64,000 nt of DNA from the human T2T-CHM13v2.0 reference genome, Homo sapiens. Location of the stretch: NCBI RefSeq assembly GCF_009914755.1, contig NC_060936.1; one strand, 5' to 3'. This document shows, piece by piece, positions 52,077 through 64,000 of this stretch. Each line of letters starts with the position of its first letter. Positions within the stretch are counted from its first letter, which is position 1. Position numbers and translations under genes: made by a program. The notes beneath the pieces are model-generated. The model was not told where the DNA came from. It ran no database searches and was given only the letters and a program-made list of their open reading frames with translations.

Positions 52077-54492
52077 CTAATTAGTCTGTTTCTGCATTGC
52101 TATAAAGACATACCTGAGACTAGGTAATTTATATAGAAAATAGGTTTAATTGGCTCATGGTTCTGTTGGCTGTACAGGGTTCTGCTTCTGGGGAGGCCTG
52201 AGGAAACTAACAATCATGGTGGAAGACGAAGGGGAAGCAAACATGTCTTACGTAGCGGGAGCAGGAGGAAGAGACTGAAAAGGGAGGTGCTACACACTTT
52301 TAAATAACCGGATGTCATGAGAACTCTATTATGAGACAGGACTGTGGGGATGGTGCTAAACCATCAGAAACAGCTCCTCGTGGTCCAGTCACCTCACAAC
52401 TGGCCCAATCACCTAGCACCTGGTCCACCTAAAACATTGGGGATTATAATTCAACATGAGATTTGGGTAGGGGCACAGAGCCAAATCATATCATTCTGCC
52501 CCTGGCCTCTCCCAAATCTTATGTCTTTCTCACATTTTAAAACACAGTCGAGCCTTCTCAACAGTCCCACAAACTCTTAACTCATTCCAGCATTAACTCA
52601 AAAGTCCAAGTCCAAAGTCTCGTTTGAGACAAGGCAAGTCCCTTCTGCCTATGTGCCTGTAAAATGAAAAACAAGCTAGTTACTTTCAGGATACCATGGG
52701 GATATAGCATTGGGTAAATGCTCCCATTCCAAAAGGGAGAAATTGACCAAAACAAAGGGGCTACAGGATGCCTGCCAGCCCCAAATTTCAAACTTCAAAA
52801 TAATCTCCTTTGAATTCATGTCTCACATCCAGGTCACACTGATGAAAGGGGTGGGCTCCCAAGGCCTTGGGCAGCTCCATCCCTGTGGCTCTGCAGGGTA
52901 CCACTCCTGCAGCTGCTTTCACAGACTGGCATTGAGTGACTGCGGCTTTTCCAGGCACATGGTGCAAACTGTTGGTGGATTTACCATTCTGGGGTCTGGG
53001 GGATGGTGGCCCTCTTCTCATAGCTCCATTAGGAAGTGCCCCAGTGGGGACTCTGTGTGGGGGCTCCAACCCCACATTTCCTCTCTGTACTACCCTAGGA
53101 GAGGTTCTCCATGAGGGCTCTGCTCCACAGCAGACTTCTGCCTGGTCATCCAGGCATTTTCATACATCCTCTGAAATCTAGGCAAGGCTCCCAAGCCTCA
53201 TCTCTTGCCATCTGTGCACCTGCAGGCTTAACAGTATGTGGAAGCTGTCAAAGCTTATGGCTGGCACCCTCTGGAGAAGTGGTCTGAGATGTATCTGGGG
53301 CTCTTTTAGCCATGGCTGGAGCTGTAGTGGCTGGGACACAGAGAACAGTGTCACAAGGTTGCATAGGGCAGTGGGGGCCTGGGTCTGGCCCATAAAACCA
53401 TTCTTCCCTCTTAGGCCTCCAAGCCTGTGATAGAAAGGGCTTCAACAAAGTTTTCTGAAATGACTTAAAGGCATTTTACCAATTGTCTTGGCTATTAACA
53501 TTTGATTCCTCTTTACTTATGCAAATTTCTGCAGTTGGCTTGAATTCTTCCCCTGAAAATGAGTTTTTCTTTTCTACCACATGATCAGGCTGCAAGTTTT
53601 CCAAACGTTGATGCTCTGCTTTCCTTTTAATGTAAGTTTCAGTTTCAGATCATCTCTTCACTCACACATAAGAGAATAAGCTGCTAGAAGCAGCCTGGTC
53701 CCTTCTTGAATGCTTTGCTGCCTAGAAATTTCTTCTGCTCGTTACCCTAAATCACCTCTCTCAAGTTAAAATTTCCACAGATTCCCCAGAGCAGGGGCAC
53801 AATGCTACCCATCTCTTTGCTAAAGCATAGCAAGAGTGACCTATACTCCAGTTCCCAATAAGTCCTCATCTTCACCTGAGACCACCTCAGCCTGGACTTC
53901 ACTGTTCATATCACTATCAGCATTTTGGTCAAAACCATTCAACAAGTCTCTAGGATTTTCCAAAGTTTCTTTCATCCTCCTGTCTTCTTCTGAGCCCTCC
54001 AAACTCTTCCAATCTCTGCCCATTACCCAGTGGCAAAGTTGCTTCCATATTTTTCAGATATCTTTATAGCAATAACTCACTTCTGGTACCAATTTTCTGT
54101 ATTAGTCCATTCTTGTGCTGTTATGAAGGTGTACTGGGGACTAGGTAATTTATTTTAAAACGAGGCTTAATTGGCTCACAATTCTGTGGTATATATAGGC
54201 TTCTGATTCTTGGGAGGCCTCAGGAAAATTACAATCATGGTGGAAAGCAAAGGGGAAGCAAACACATCATACATAGTGGAAGCAGGAAGAGAGTGAAGGG
54301 GGAGGTTCTACACACTTTTAAACAACCAGATCTCTTGAGAACTCTATTATGACACAGCACTAGGGGGTATGGTACTAAACCATTAGAAACAACCCCCATG
54401 TTAAAATCACCTCCCATCAGGCCCCACCTCCAACATAGGGGATTACAATTCAACATAGGATTTGGGTGCAGATACAGAGCCAAACCATATTT
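52077..54492 (-). mobile_element. Complete MSTA-type MaLR provirus: LTR 52077-52493, internal 52494-54097, LTR 54098-54492
   Basis: Two homologous LTRs in the same orientation flank MST-int ('ttctgcccctggcctctcccaaatc', 'ggtaccaattttc|tgtattagtc'). Confidence 0.93.
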
Positions 54493-54821
54493 GTGTGCAA
54501 ATCAACAGAATTTTCTGATTATGTTGAGGAAATAATGATTCTGCCAATCATCTTGCATCCTGTCTTCTCTGTCTCATACTCTCTCTCCAACCTCACCAAC
54601 AATGCTTGTGTTCCCTTGCATACTATCTGGGGTAGTTATAAACTATTTTCTCTCAGCTTCACACCCCTGCTGCTGTAGCCTGTTTGGTAAGGCTGGGATC
54701 AGGACATTGCAAACCACATTTCTGCTTTGCCAGAAAATTCATGGTAGGCTCTGCCACCAGTGGGGGGACTAGGGAAGACTGGAAGGCTAAAGGATGGGGA
54801 AGGGACTTGCTTCTTACTGTT

Positions 54822-55392
54822 TGATACATAAATTTCTGGCCTCTGATGTAAACATACTTTTTCTTAGTTGGTTAAGTGAACAATAATATAGATGTCACTG
54901 TGAAGGGATTTTGCAAATGTAATTAAGGTCCCAAATCAGCTGTCCTTAAGATAGAGGGATTACACTTGGTGAACCTGGCCTAGTCAAATGAGCTTTTAAG
55001 AAGAATGTGATCCTTTCTTGCAAGAAAGAGTCGAAACTTAAAAGGGATTTATGCAAGGGAGATTCTCTGTTGATGGTTTTGAAGATGAAAGGGGCTACAT
55101 GGCAAAGAATAATGACAGTCTCTAGGAGCTGAGATGATCCTCAGTTGACCACCAGCAAGGTGACAACCTCAGTCCTATGACTATAAGAAAGTGAACTCTG
55201 CCTATAATCAAGTAACTTGAAAAGCAACACCCAGCTTCAGATGAGATAGTAGCTCTGGTCAATACTTCAATCTTAGCCTTTTGAGCAGACTCTTCCATTC
55301 TGACCTACAGAACTTTAAGCTAATAAATGGGTGCTGTTTTAAGCTGCTATGTTTGTAGTCATTTTGTTATACAGCAATAAAAAACTAACACA
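54822..55392 (+). mobile_element. MLT1E-like LTR
   Basis: 'gtgaagggattttgcaaatgtaattaaggtcccaaatcagctg' to 'ttgttatacagcaataaaaactaacaca'. Confidence 0.8.
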
Positions 55393-55594
55393 CTAGCTTA
55401 ACCATTCCCTTTTTGGATCTCAGCACCAACTGATTGTTGCTGTCTCCCCAGAGGCCTGGGGCTCTGAGTTCAAGATACTAGCAGTAGCCACGCAGTACCC
55501 CCTTGTGGCAAAAGGGGTTTATTCTGCCCTCTGGGCCCATGGAAGCTTCCCTCGCCAATGGCAGTCCTGCCTCTGTGTTATTCTTCTGTTTTAT

Positions 55595-56392
55595 TGAAGG
55601 ATAACCCACGTTTGAAACTGAGGAGGACTGTCAGCCTATTTCCTGCCTATAGAATTCCAGATATCCAACAGCCCTCCTTCTTTTCATCCTGTCTCTGTCC
55701 CCTTCATTCTAAGCTGAAAGTGTTTTTGGTGGGATAGCATTCTCAAACCCTTGCGGCTTTCCCATACATGCCACGAGGATCCACACATTAGACAATATTA
55801 GAACAAAGGTTCCTTCACGGATCATTCCTGGATAATCCCATCTTTATTCCTGGATTCTTCTCAGTTGATTGATAGGATCCAATCAACCTTATATGATCCA
55901 ACTAATTTGGAGCCACACATCTACTATCTTTTAGCCTTGTGTCCTCCACACCCTTGGCCCTGCCTCCAGAGTGTGATATTATCTTGAGATTCTTAATTAT
56001 ATATGCAAAGCCCTTATTTCAGAATCACACACAGGCACTAACAGGTTAAGACTTGGATATAACTTTTAGGGAGGTGGGGGCCAACTCACTAAATAAAAAC
56101 CCTGTACACATGGCTAAGGTAAGCTTCTTTGGTTGTCAATATCTCACATGTGTCATCACATATTGTTGCTAGGAGAATCAAGTGGATCTGTGTGACTCCA
56201 CTCAGAGAAGACTCTTGCAAACTTGTACCTAGTTGTTGAGAATTTTGCACATATACCTTTTCCCTTTGCTGATTTTCATCCGTATTGTCTCATTTTAATA
56301 CATGATATCCATGAGTATAAGAACTTTTCTTAGTCTTGTGAGTCCTTCTAGCTAATTATTGATTGTGAGGGTAGTCTTGGAGATACCCAGCA
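55595..56392 (+). mobile_element. MER21/MER68/MER77-group ERVL LTR
   Basis: 3' half 'aataaaaaccctgtacac...gtgtgactccactcagagaagac...gtgagtccttctagctaattattgattgtgagggtagtcttgg'. 5' boundary uncertain. Confidence 0.65.
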
Positions 56393-56699
56393 TGATCTTC
56401 TTCAGAGGTCTAAATTATATTTCCTCAGGATCCATTCTTTAAGCTTCTATGTTTTAATAACCTCCAATTCTCCTGCCCTCTAAGCTCTAGTGCTGGCAGC
56501 TGTTTGTGCTATTGCTACCTCTATATTTACCACAGTGTTCCATTTTGACATTTTCAGCACTTCAATACTAATTTAAGAATCTTTATGTTAACTTATATGC
56601 TCGAAAGGACACAAAAAACCCACAAAACTGATTTGGTTTTCTGATATATATACAACCATCTTTACTGTTATTCTCTTCTCATTTTGTCTTCTTTTCCCT

Positions 56700-57600
56700 G
56701 AGCAATGTTATTCTGTGTGGTGGTGACACTCAAGTCTATACCTATAGCACAGGCCATTTTGCTGTTCCGTATATTGAACATTCAACTATATGGGGCATTT
56801 CCGCTTAGCTGTTCCATGATAACCTCTATTCAGTTTATTGTCTCAATGATGAATCAACTGGCCCATCCCTCATCTTCTTCCCTCTACCACATTTAATTAG
56901 TTTCTTTTGTCTCAATATTGATTTTTTTATTCTCTCTGGTGTATAAGACAGTTCATTGTAAAAAGAGAGTAAGAATCGAAATAAGACAGATATGGCTTCC
57001 AATTCTAGCTCTCTTATTTTATGGCTATTGAGACTTTGAGGTAAGTACCATGCAATCTCTCAGTCTCAACATTTTCACAGGGTTATTTTGGGGAAATAGA
57101 AGTAAATGGCTATGAAATACCTAGAACAGTGGTATCTATCTCAAAGACACTCAAATATTTACTTCATTCTTTCCTCCTTTGCCACTGCTTTCCTTTGTCT
57201 GCATTATTTCATTGTCTCCTAGCTGCTGTCATAATCCTAGTGATTATCCATTCTACTTCCAAAGACACCTTTCAATGATACTGATATTTTATGTCGTTCT
57301 TTTGTTTAAATTTCTTCTATTGCATTTGACAGTCTACAGAATACAATCCAATCATATTAGCATGATCACCAAGCTTTCCTGACCTGGACCCAGTCCTATG
57401 CAGCCTTGCCATCTTTTATTCTCCTCCATGTACCCTATCTATGTTGCAGTTGTATCACAGTTTTGCTGATGCTGTTTGCTCTGCTCTCAAATGCTCTCCT
57501 TATGCTGCCTGTTTCAGATACCTCCTACCCCCACCTCCTACCCCTCACTTAGAAAATCCTGCTTATCATTTAAGACTCAGCTCAAGCTGTTTTTGATGAT
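56700..57600 (+). mobile_element. L2 fragments with a MIR insert (about 56950-57170)
   Basis: 'tctacagaatacaatccaatcatattagcatg' and 'ttatcatttaagactcagctcaag'; MIR 'gacagatatggcttccaattctagctctcttatt'. Confidence 0.6.
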
Positions 57601-59144
57601 GAAGTTTTGAAAATGCAGTTTTCGTCTCTGAATCCAAACACCCACTCATCCTCCTCCTTGAAGTTCCCTATTAGAAAGTAAGGGAGCTTTATAACCAAGG
57701 AATTATAGCCAAATGGGGAATTATAATTATTTTACATGCCAGAAAAGCACTTTCTGTTGTTCCATTGTCTATAATCTCTGGTGAGCTATGATATAGTATA
57801 TGATTTAGGACCAGCATAAGAGGTGCTTCCTACTCCTCTTATGTAATCTAGAATATCCGAAGTATCAGAATAGTTGCATGGATGAGAGTGGCTACATTCT
57901 TATGCTTATCTCACAGGAGCAGGAAGTGAAAGCAAGAAATAGAAGAGTAGACTATGAGCATGGCCTTATGCCTTTTACAACTCAGGAACTGCCCCACTAT
58001 AAAGTAGGTTCCAGTGAATATTCTGAGATTTGACTAATAAGATTAACAATATTTCCTTAGAAAATTGCTAAGACACGGCTAAAGGAAAACAGAAGCTTGG
58101 GCAGAAGCTTCTCTCCTCACTTATGGGCAGAAGGGAAACACTCAATTATTATCTCTTCTGAAAAAAATATTTGGTTACCTAGTAGCCTCACGGTATCTTG
58201 CTCCAATGTTCATACTTGTCCCTGCTTGTCACAGTTTGTTCATAGCTCTGATCTTGTACCTGTCTGTTTACAGTTCTCTCTTTACTAGATTGAGAGCTCA
58301 TTATATGGTTGATCATTTATTTATGTTTTTTAGTAAGAATGGATGTTTTTCCATTTTTCTAATTTTCATAATTCCAGTTCTATTGAAGTAAGTGTTCAAG
58401 AAATATTTGCTAGATTCGTAAATTGATTGTGAAGCTTCAGGCAGGATCATCTGAAATTGCTCTCTCCTGTGTATGTGTTATTTTTTCTTTCTCTTTGGCA
58501 AGAGTAAAGCAAACATAAGACCTATCATTTGCAGCTCCTTTAGGGGCTGGGTTTAAATATTCTGCATGTTCTTTACATGTACACATATAATAATAATATT
58601 ATTATAACACATATAATAAGAACATGTTAAATGTTCTTGGAATGTTCACTGTGAGGTTACCTGAAAATGATGCTACACTTAACTATCAAGGAGAAGGTCT
58701 AATGCCTTGGAAATTAGATAATTCATACTCCATGATCAAGTTGTCTTCCAGTCAAAATTTATTATAATTTCAAAAAAGTTAAGGGATCAAAATTTCTGTA
58801 TTCAAAAGTCTATTCTTTCATATGCTGAGAGGAGATTCCTAATAACTTGGAGAGGAGCATATTTTATTACAAGTGACAAGTCTGGAACGACGTATCCACT
58901 TTCTTTATGAGAACTGCGGATGAAAGGCCTGTTTTTGCTACATACTACAGGGTTTCAGTTAGTTCACTTTTCTGAGCTGAGGAATACCACAGAGTTGACT
59001 GATTTCTCTATGCGGGCAAGTATTCAGTCATTCAAGGCAGGCATGCCTAAGGAGGAGCAGGACACAATAGAAAGCCTTGTAGCTGAGGAAATATTTATAT
59101 CTAGCCAGGGAGACTGGGAGAGAATGTAAATGAGAGTGAGACTG

Positions 59145-59546
59145 TGCTATGTGCTGAATTATGTTCCCTTAAATTTTATCTTGAAGCCTTAGCCCACAAT
59201 GTGACTGTATATGAAGATGGGGCTTTCAGGTGGTAATTAACTTTTAGTGAGGTCACAAAGGGTAGGGCCCTGATTTGATAGAATTGGTGGCCTTATAAGA
59301 AGAGGAAGAGATACCAGAGATTTCCCTCTCTCTCTCCACGCAGACACACTGAGGAAAGGCCATGTGGAGTGCAGAGAGAGAAGACAGCCACCTACAAGCC
59401 AGGAAGAGAGGCCTCACGAGAACTGACTATGCTGGCATCCTGATCTTAGACTTCCAGACTCCAGAACTGCGGGGAAAAGAAATTTCTGTTGTTTAAACTA
59501 CCTGGTCTATGGTATTTTGTTAGGGCAACCGAAGCAGACCGAGACA
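59145..59546 (+). mobile_element. MLT1A1/MLT1B-like solo LTR
   Basis: 'tgctatgtgctgaattatgttccc' to 'ggtattttgttagggcaaccgaagcagaccgagaca'; TSD gactg/gcctg. Confidence 0.9.
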
Positions 59547-59645
59547 GCCTGAATGACTGAACATATATCTGGGAAGCTATGTGAGAGGTGGTAGGTAGTT
59601 TTGTTTAGAGAATAGCAAGCTTACTGGGTTCTATCTTAAGAATGT

Positions 59646-60012
59646 TGTATTAGTCTGTTCTCACACTACCATGAAGAAATACCTGAGACTAGGTAATTTA
59701 TAAAGAAAAGAGGTTTAATTGACTCACAGTTCTGCATGGTTGAAGAGGCCTCTGGAAACTTATAATCATGGCAGAAGACACCTCCTGACAGGGCAGCAGG
59801 AGAGAGAATGGGTGCCAGAAAGGGAAATGTCAGATGCCTTTAAATTCATCAGATCTCGTGAGAACTCACTCACTATCATGAGAACAGCATGGGGTTAACT
59901 GCCCCCAGGATTCAATTAACTCTCACTGGGAACCTCCCAGGACACATGGAGATTATGGGAACTACAATTGAAGACAAGATTTGGGTGGAGAGGACACAGC
60001 CAAACCATATTC
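59646..60012 (-). mobile_element. THE1C/THE1D solo LTR
   Basis: 'tgtattagtctgttctcacact...catcagatctcgtgagaactcactcactatcatgagaacagcatgggg...cagccaaaccatat'; perfect TSD aatgt (59641-59645 / 60013-60017). Confidence 0.93.
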
Positions 60013-60059
60013 AATGTGGTACTCAATTGGTGGACTCCATAGTATGGGACTATTGCTTT

Positions 60060-60244
60060 TGCAGATTTCTTAGTTGTGACTGCTTCTTTTCTATTTCAGA
60101 ATCTTTTCAATTACATTGGGCCCACTCAGATAATCCAAGATAATCTCCTTGTTTTAAAGTCATTCTTTGCCATATAATCTAACTTATTTATAGATTCCAG
60201 GCATTAAAACCTATCCCTCGGTGGGCATTATTCTGCCTACCACA
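60060..60244 (-). mobile_element. MLT1C/D fragment
   Basis: 'ttacattgggcccactcagataatccaagataatctcc...cattattctgcctaccaca'. Confidence 0.75.
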
Positions 60245-62097
60245 ACTATTCTGAGTCCTGCTCAGCTTAAAAAAGACTTTTTGAGCACTTCTGAATTACC
60301 AGGTACAATGCTGGGTTCTGCAGTAAAAACAATAATCAGACACAACCCCTTCTTCCCACATCAAGTTCAGTCTACTGTTTTAAGTGAACATACTGACTCA
60401 CTACCAGAGACATGTTCTTTGGTTTTTTTGAAAGTATAAGGTGACTTCCCAGATAAACACACGGCCATCATACTTGATGGCATTTGTTTCCATTAGTACC
60501 TCCAAAATCAATTCCTAGAATGCTAAACTTTATGACAAATCAAGGACATGCTTCAATGTGTTGTCCCATTATTTAAACTAATGCATTAGAGAAAGACTGA
60601 AAAGAAATCAGTGCCTTCAGTGCACCACTACTTACTTTCAGCATTTTATTTCATATTTCACATTTGTTTTTAGTCCCTAGTGTCAGTAAAGAGGTAAGGG
60701 AAATAATATTTTGCCTGAAGATAATAGGATGACCATAGAAAATTGTATGTCATGGAAAATGTAATTCTATTACAAAGCTGTATATATTTATGCATTGAAA
60801 GTAAGATATTTCGACCATTATATGAATCATTCACATCCCCAAATACACTTCTGACTTAGTTATTCATAATCGTAGGAAGGAGTTGTTGGTTTAAATTACA
60901 GAGAAAATTTATTTTCATTGCTTTTGTGAGTACCAGGTAAACATTTGTTTAATTTGCATGTGTTTTGCACAGTTCTGCTGTCTCTCCACTTAGACTATAT
61001 GCCGCTTGTATATCTAGGAATGGCAGTTCATATTATTCATATTACCTTGCAGAACATACTACAACTGCTTATTCAATGTTAATTGCTATCAGATTTCCAG
61101 AATCTTCCCAAATCTACTTTCCCCAATTCTGCCAATGCAGAACCTGAAATGTCAGATCCAATTCTCCTGAAGGACAGGGCAGAGTAGAAGAAAGATGGTT
61201 AGGTGGGAAGTAGTCTGACAAATCAGATGCCTTCAGGCCTAGGCCTTGTAAAGTCACCCACAGTGTGCCAGAGATAAAAGTCTACAAAGACTAAACCAAG
61301 AACAAGGGACAGAGGCAGATGATAAGCACGGAGAATAGCACCAAGCAATGGAGATGCTAGTATGAGTAGTGGGTCCAGAAATTAAGCTAAAGGCTGGTCT
61401 TAATACATGCATACAATATATGTGACTCTTGGATTTCAGGTGCTCACTACCATTGTGAGTGGAAATAGTGGCTACAGTTAAAGGCCCAGGGCCACAGTTG
61501 GCAGAGTACAAGTATGAGATCATGGATATTATTAGAAATTAAAACTAGAGGGTTGAGTAAATAGGGTTCCCTAGGTGGATGGCCTCAGACTATTCCTATC
61601 AAGTTTTTGCACTGTTCTTGGTAGAACTAGCCAGGGTAAACAAGATTGAACTTATAGTCATTCTCTCTCTTCAAAAATATTTAGCCATTTGCCCAACTAG
61701 CTTTCTCCCTTCCCTTTAGAAGACCATCTCTTATTCCTCTGAGATATTCAAAAATTTTATTTCCTATTAACTTTAGTGTGACAGTTTTCTTGTGTAGCAT
61801 GTTTAGTTTTCCACATCTGTCTAACTTATATTTGTAGGCACTGAACCTCCTTTAATTCTTTGAATTGAATCTAGAACTCTCAGTTCTCAGCAGATAATAA
61901 GAGCAAGCAAGCCCACTGAGCTCTACAAGATGAAAATTTGACCATTGAGCAAGAAATCTCTGTCATTTTTTCCAGCCAAATAACTTGATAGCACTTGATA
62001 CACTGGTACTAGAAATATTTCTGTTGGTTTAGCAAATGCAGAATGAGAAAGGAACAATAATAGTACCAAGATTTATGGTTTACCTTCTTGTGAACAA

Positions 62098-62390
62098 TTT
62101 CCTTCGTTCCTTCCTTCTTTCCCTCCCTTCTTTTTTTCTTTTTCTTTCTCTCTTTTCTTTTTTCTTTCTTTGCTTTCTTTCTTCTTTCTCTTTCATCTTT
62201 CTCTTTTTCTTTCCTTCCTTCCCTCCCTCCCTCCCTTCTTTCTTTCTCTTTCTTTCTTCTTTTCTTTCTTTCTTTTCTTTCTTTCTTCTTTTTCTTTCTT
62301 TTTCTTTCTTCTTTCTCTTTCTTCTTTCTCTCTCTCTCTTCTTTCTTTCTTTCTCTCTCTTTCTTTCCTTCCTTCCTTCCTTCCTTTTTT
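62098..62390. repeat. Polypyrimidine/polypurine compound tract (TTTC/TTCC/CT)n
   Basis: 293 bp with only three purines (62106, 62172, 62195). Confidence 0.95.
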
Positions 62391-62539
62391 ATTCTTTCAT
62401 GGAGGTACTCTCTAATTTTCTCCTCAATAAGAAAAACTAACAAAATAACCTGCCTCTACTATTAGTAATTCTTGGTGGGCAAAGTTAAAAATAAATGAAC
62501 CATACGATTTGTAACCCTTGAGTGTGAAAACTCTTGTTT

Positions 62540-63110
62540 CCAAGCAATCTGTTCTCTCTTTCTTTCTGGGCACATAACTGTCCTGTGAGGCTATTTAACA
62601 TTTAACCTAAGTTAAATTAGTGGTTACCTAAGTGGTTAACCTAACTGGTTTAACCTAAGTGGTATTAACCTAAGTGGTTAGCTGTAGCCACTTAGGTTAA
62701 ATGTTATTATTAATGAATAACAAATAAAAAATAAATAAAATAAAAATAAACTTATTAACAAATATTCATTAGTGAGGAGTCAACATAAGTGATGTACATA
62801 AATTTTATCTCATTCCTAAGGAAAATCACGAGACTTAGACCCTTTCTCTTTCCCTCATTTGCAATGGACAAACAGGAGTAGGTTCATATTGATCTTAATG
62901 GTGGAAAGACCATGAACAGAGCAACCTTGGAGGCCCCTTGGAGATGGCAGAACTGCTGCATCAGCCTGTGTGCCTGAATAACTCTGTGGAACAGACCCTC
63001 TTAACCCCTTTTAACTGTTACAACATGGCAAAATAACTGTCCATTTATTTGAACTACTTTATTTTGAGGAGTTTTTGTTACAGTAGCTTAGACCTTATCC
63101 TATTAATAGA
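62540..63110 (+). mobile_element. MLT1H-like LTR interrupted by rearranged AT-rich sequence
   Basis: 'ttctttctgggcacataact', 'cataagtgatgtacata', 'gagatggcagaactgctgcatcagcctg...tttttgttacagtagcttag'. Confidence 0.55.
62596..62706. repeat. Tandem and inverted array of the unit ttaacctaagtgg
   Basis: About five imperfect direct units plus a reverse copy; perfect 17-bp outer inverted repeat 62596-62612 / 62690-62706. Confidence 0.92.
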
Positions 63111-64000
63111 TTGAGTGAAAATTAAGTGGAAACCATTTTCCCTGACTGCAAAGCTCATCTTGAAAGAAATGGAAATGAACCGAAGGTACCAAACTTTGAG
63201 AATTAGAACCAAGAGAATCTGACTTCTTTCTGAATGGGTAAGGAACAAAGTTTCTGGAAATTTCAAGAGGAGCTATAAGAAGTATTCATTATAAAACTTG
63301 ATGTGTGTTTTGTGGAAATAGAAGAATCAAAAGTAAGTTGGGCTCTCTTTTATCAGCTGGATTTTCATTTCAGAGAAGAGTGGAAAAGACATTCTTAGAA
63401 TTTAAGTTTATAAAATGTTTCAAGGCAGTGAAGGGGAAGATACCAATTCCAAGTGTATTTTTGAAATGTATTTTTGTATAAGTTTTCCAACTGCAGTCTA
63501 GTGACCTAATATTTTCTAGGTGTTGTCTATGGAGATGAGTTTGTTTGGTTCAGGGTATGGAGTACTAAAAAGAATTCAAAGAAATACATAAACTATTTGC
63601 CCTTCAGCTGTCATTTTCCATTTATTTGCACACAGTTTGAAAGTGCTCAAATAGATCTCAGAAGTCTTAAGAGATGAAATATCAGAATGAATTTAAACAA
63701 GCTCAGTAGATGTTCTGTTGTGGTGTTATTTGCCATTTGTGCTTACCTTTCCTGATTAAATTGTGCCTTTCTTTAGGTCAGAAATGTATCACATCCTTAA
63801 CAGTTCTAAGAGTTGCAGTCTCTTCCTCCCATAAAACATTTTTCTAAACATCAAATTTCCTATAATCATTGGGCACATATACTAGGTACATGCCTAGAAA
63901 TATTAAATGCTATACATATCCACTTAGATATCTTTGGAAAAAATTGACTTGTTAAAATGGTCTAATAGAAAAACATCAAGGGAAAGTTCTTAGTGTACAG

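Larger units (their letters stand above)
54630..56650 (+). mobile_element. LTR33/LTR41-like ERVL LTR split by two younger LTRs
   Basis: 'ggacattgcaaaccacatttctgctttgccag...ggctctgccaccagtgggggg' resumes at about 55395 and 56395 ('cttcttcagaggtct...aagcttctatgttttaataa'). Confidence 0.55.

Noticed and set aside
52582-54069. ORFs such as MGLEPPHRVPTGALPNGAMRRGPP
   Set aside because: Fragments of the decayed MaLR internal ORF, not host genes.
62009-62443. 144-aa K/E/R-rich ORF and opposite-strand F/L/S-rich ORFs
   Set aside because: These are translations of the stop-free pyrimidine/purine tract.
62596-62706. Interstitial telomere (TTAGG-containing units)
   Set aside because: The unit is a 13-mer copied from the local flank, not tandem TTAGGG.

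Overview
Primate, probably human or another catarrhine, non-coding DNA. It is AT-rich and CpG-depleted and carries AluY, AluSp, AluJ, L1PA and LTR12. I find no supportable host protein-coding gene, RNA gene or CRISPR array; the only recognisable protein sequences are decayed LINE-1 ORF1/ORF2 fragments. Much of the window is transposable element: a full-length antisense L1MA-type element (6458-14409) with four nested insertions, a related end-truncated copy (about 27362-32814), two TSD-flanked L1 3' fragments, an L1 that keeps its 5'UTR and ORF1 but ends there (44217-46530), a two-LTR MST provirus (52077-54492), a triple-nested LTR stack (MER31 > MER50 > LTR12), and many MLT1/MIR/L2/MER relics. 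The most unusual observations are: (1) a perfect 38-bp direct repeat around a 30-bp spacer resembling an LTR18 5' end; (2) a scar built from iterated inverted copies of its own flank near 62.6 kb; (3) an identical frameshifting variant in the RT region of both L1MA copies, suggesting local duplication or conversion; (4) a 103-bp MITE-like hairpin; (5) several CpG-retaining, repeat-free islands that may be enhancers. Subfamily names come from my recollection of consensus sequences and need RepeatMasker/Dfam confirmation. I see no convincing new multi-gene system.
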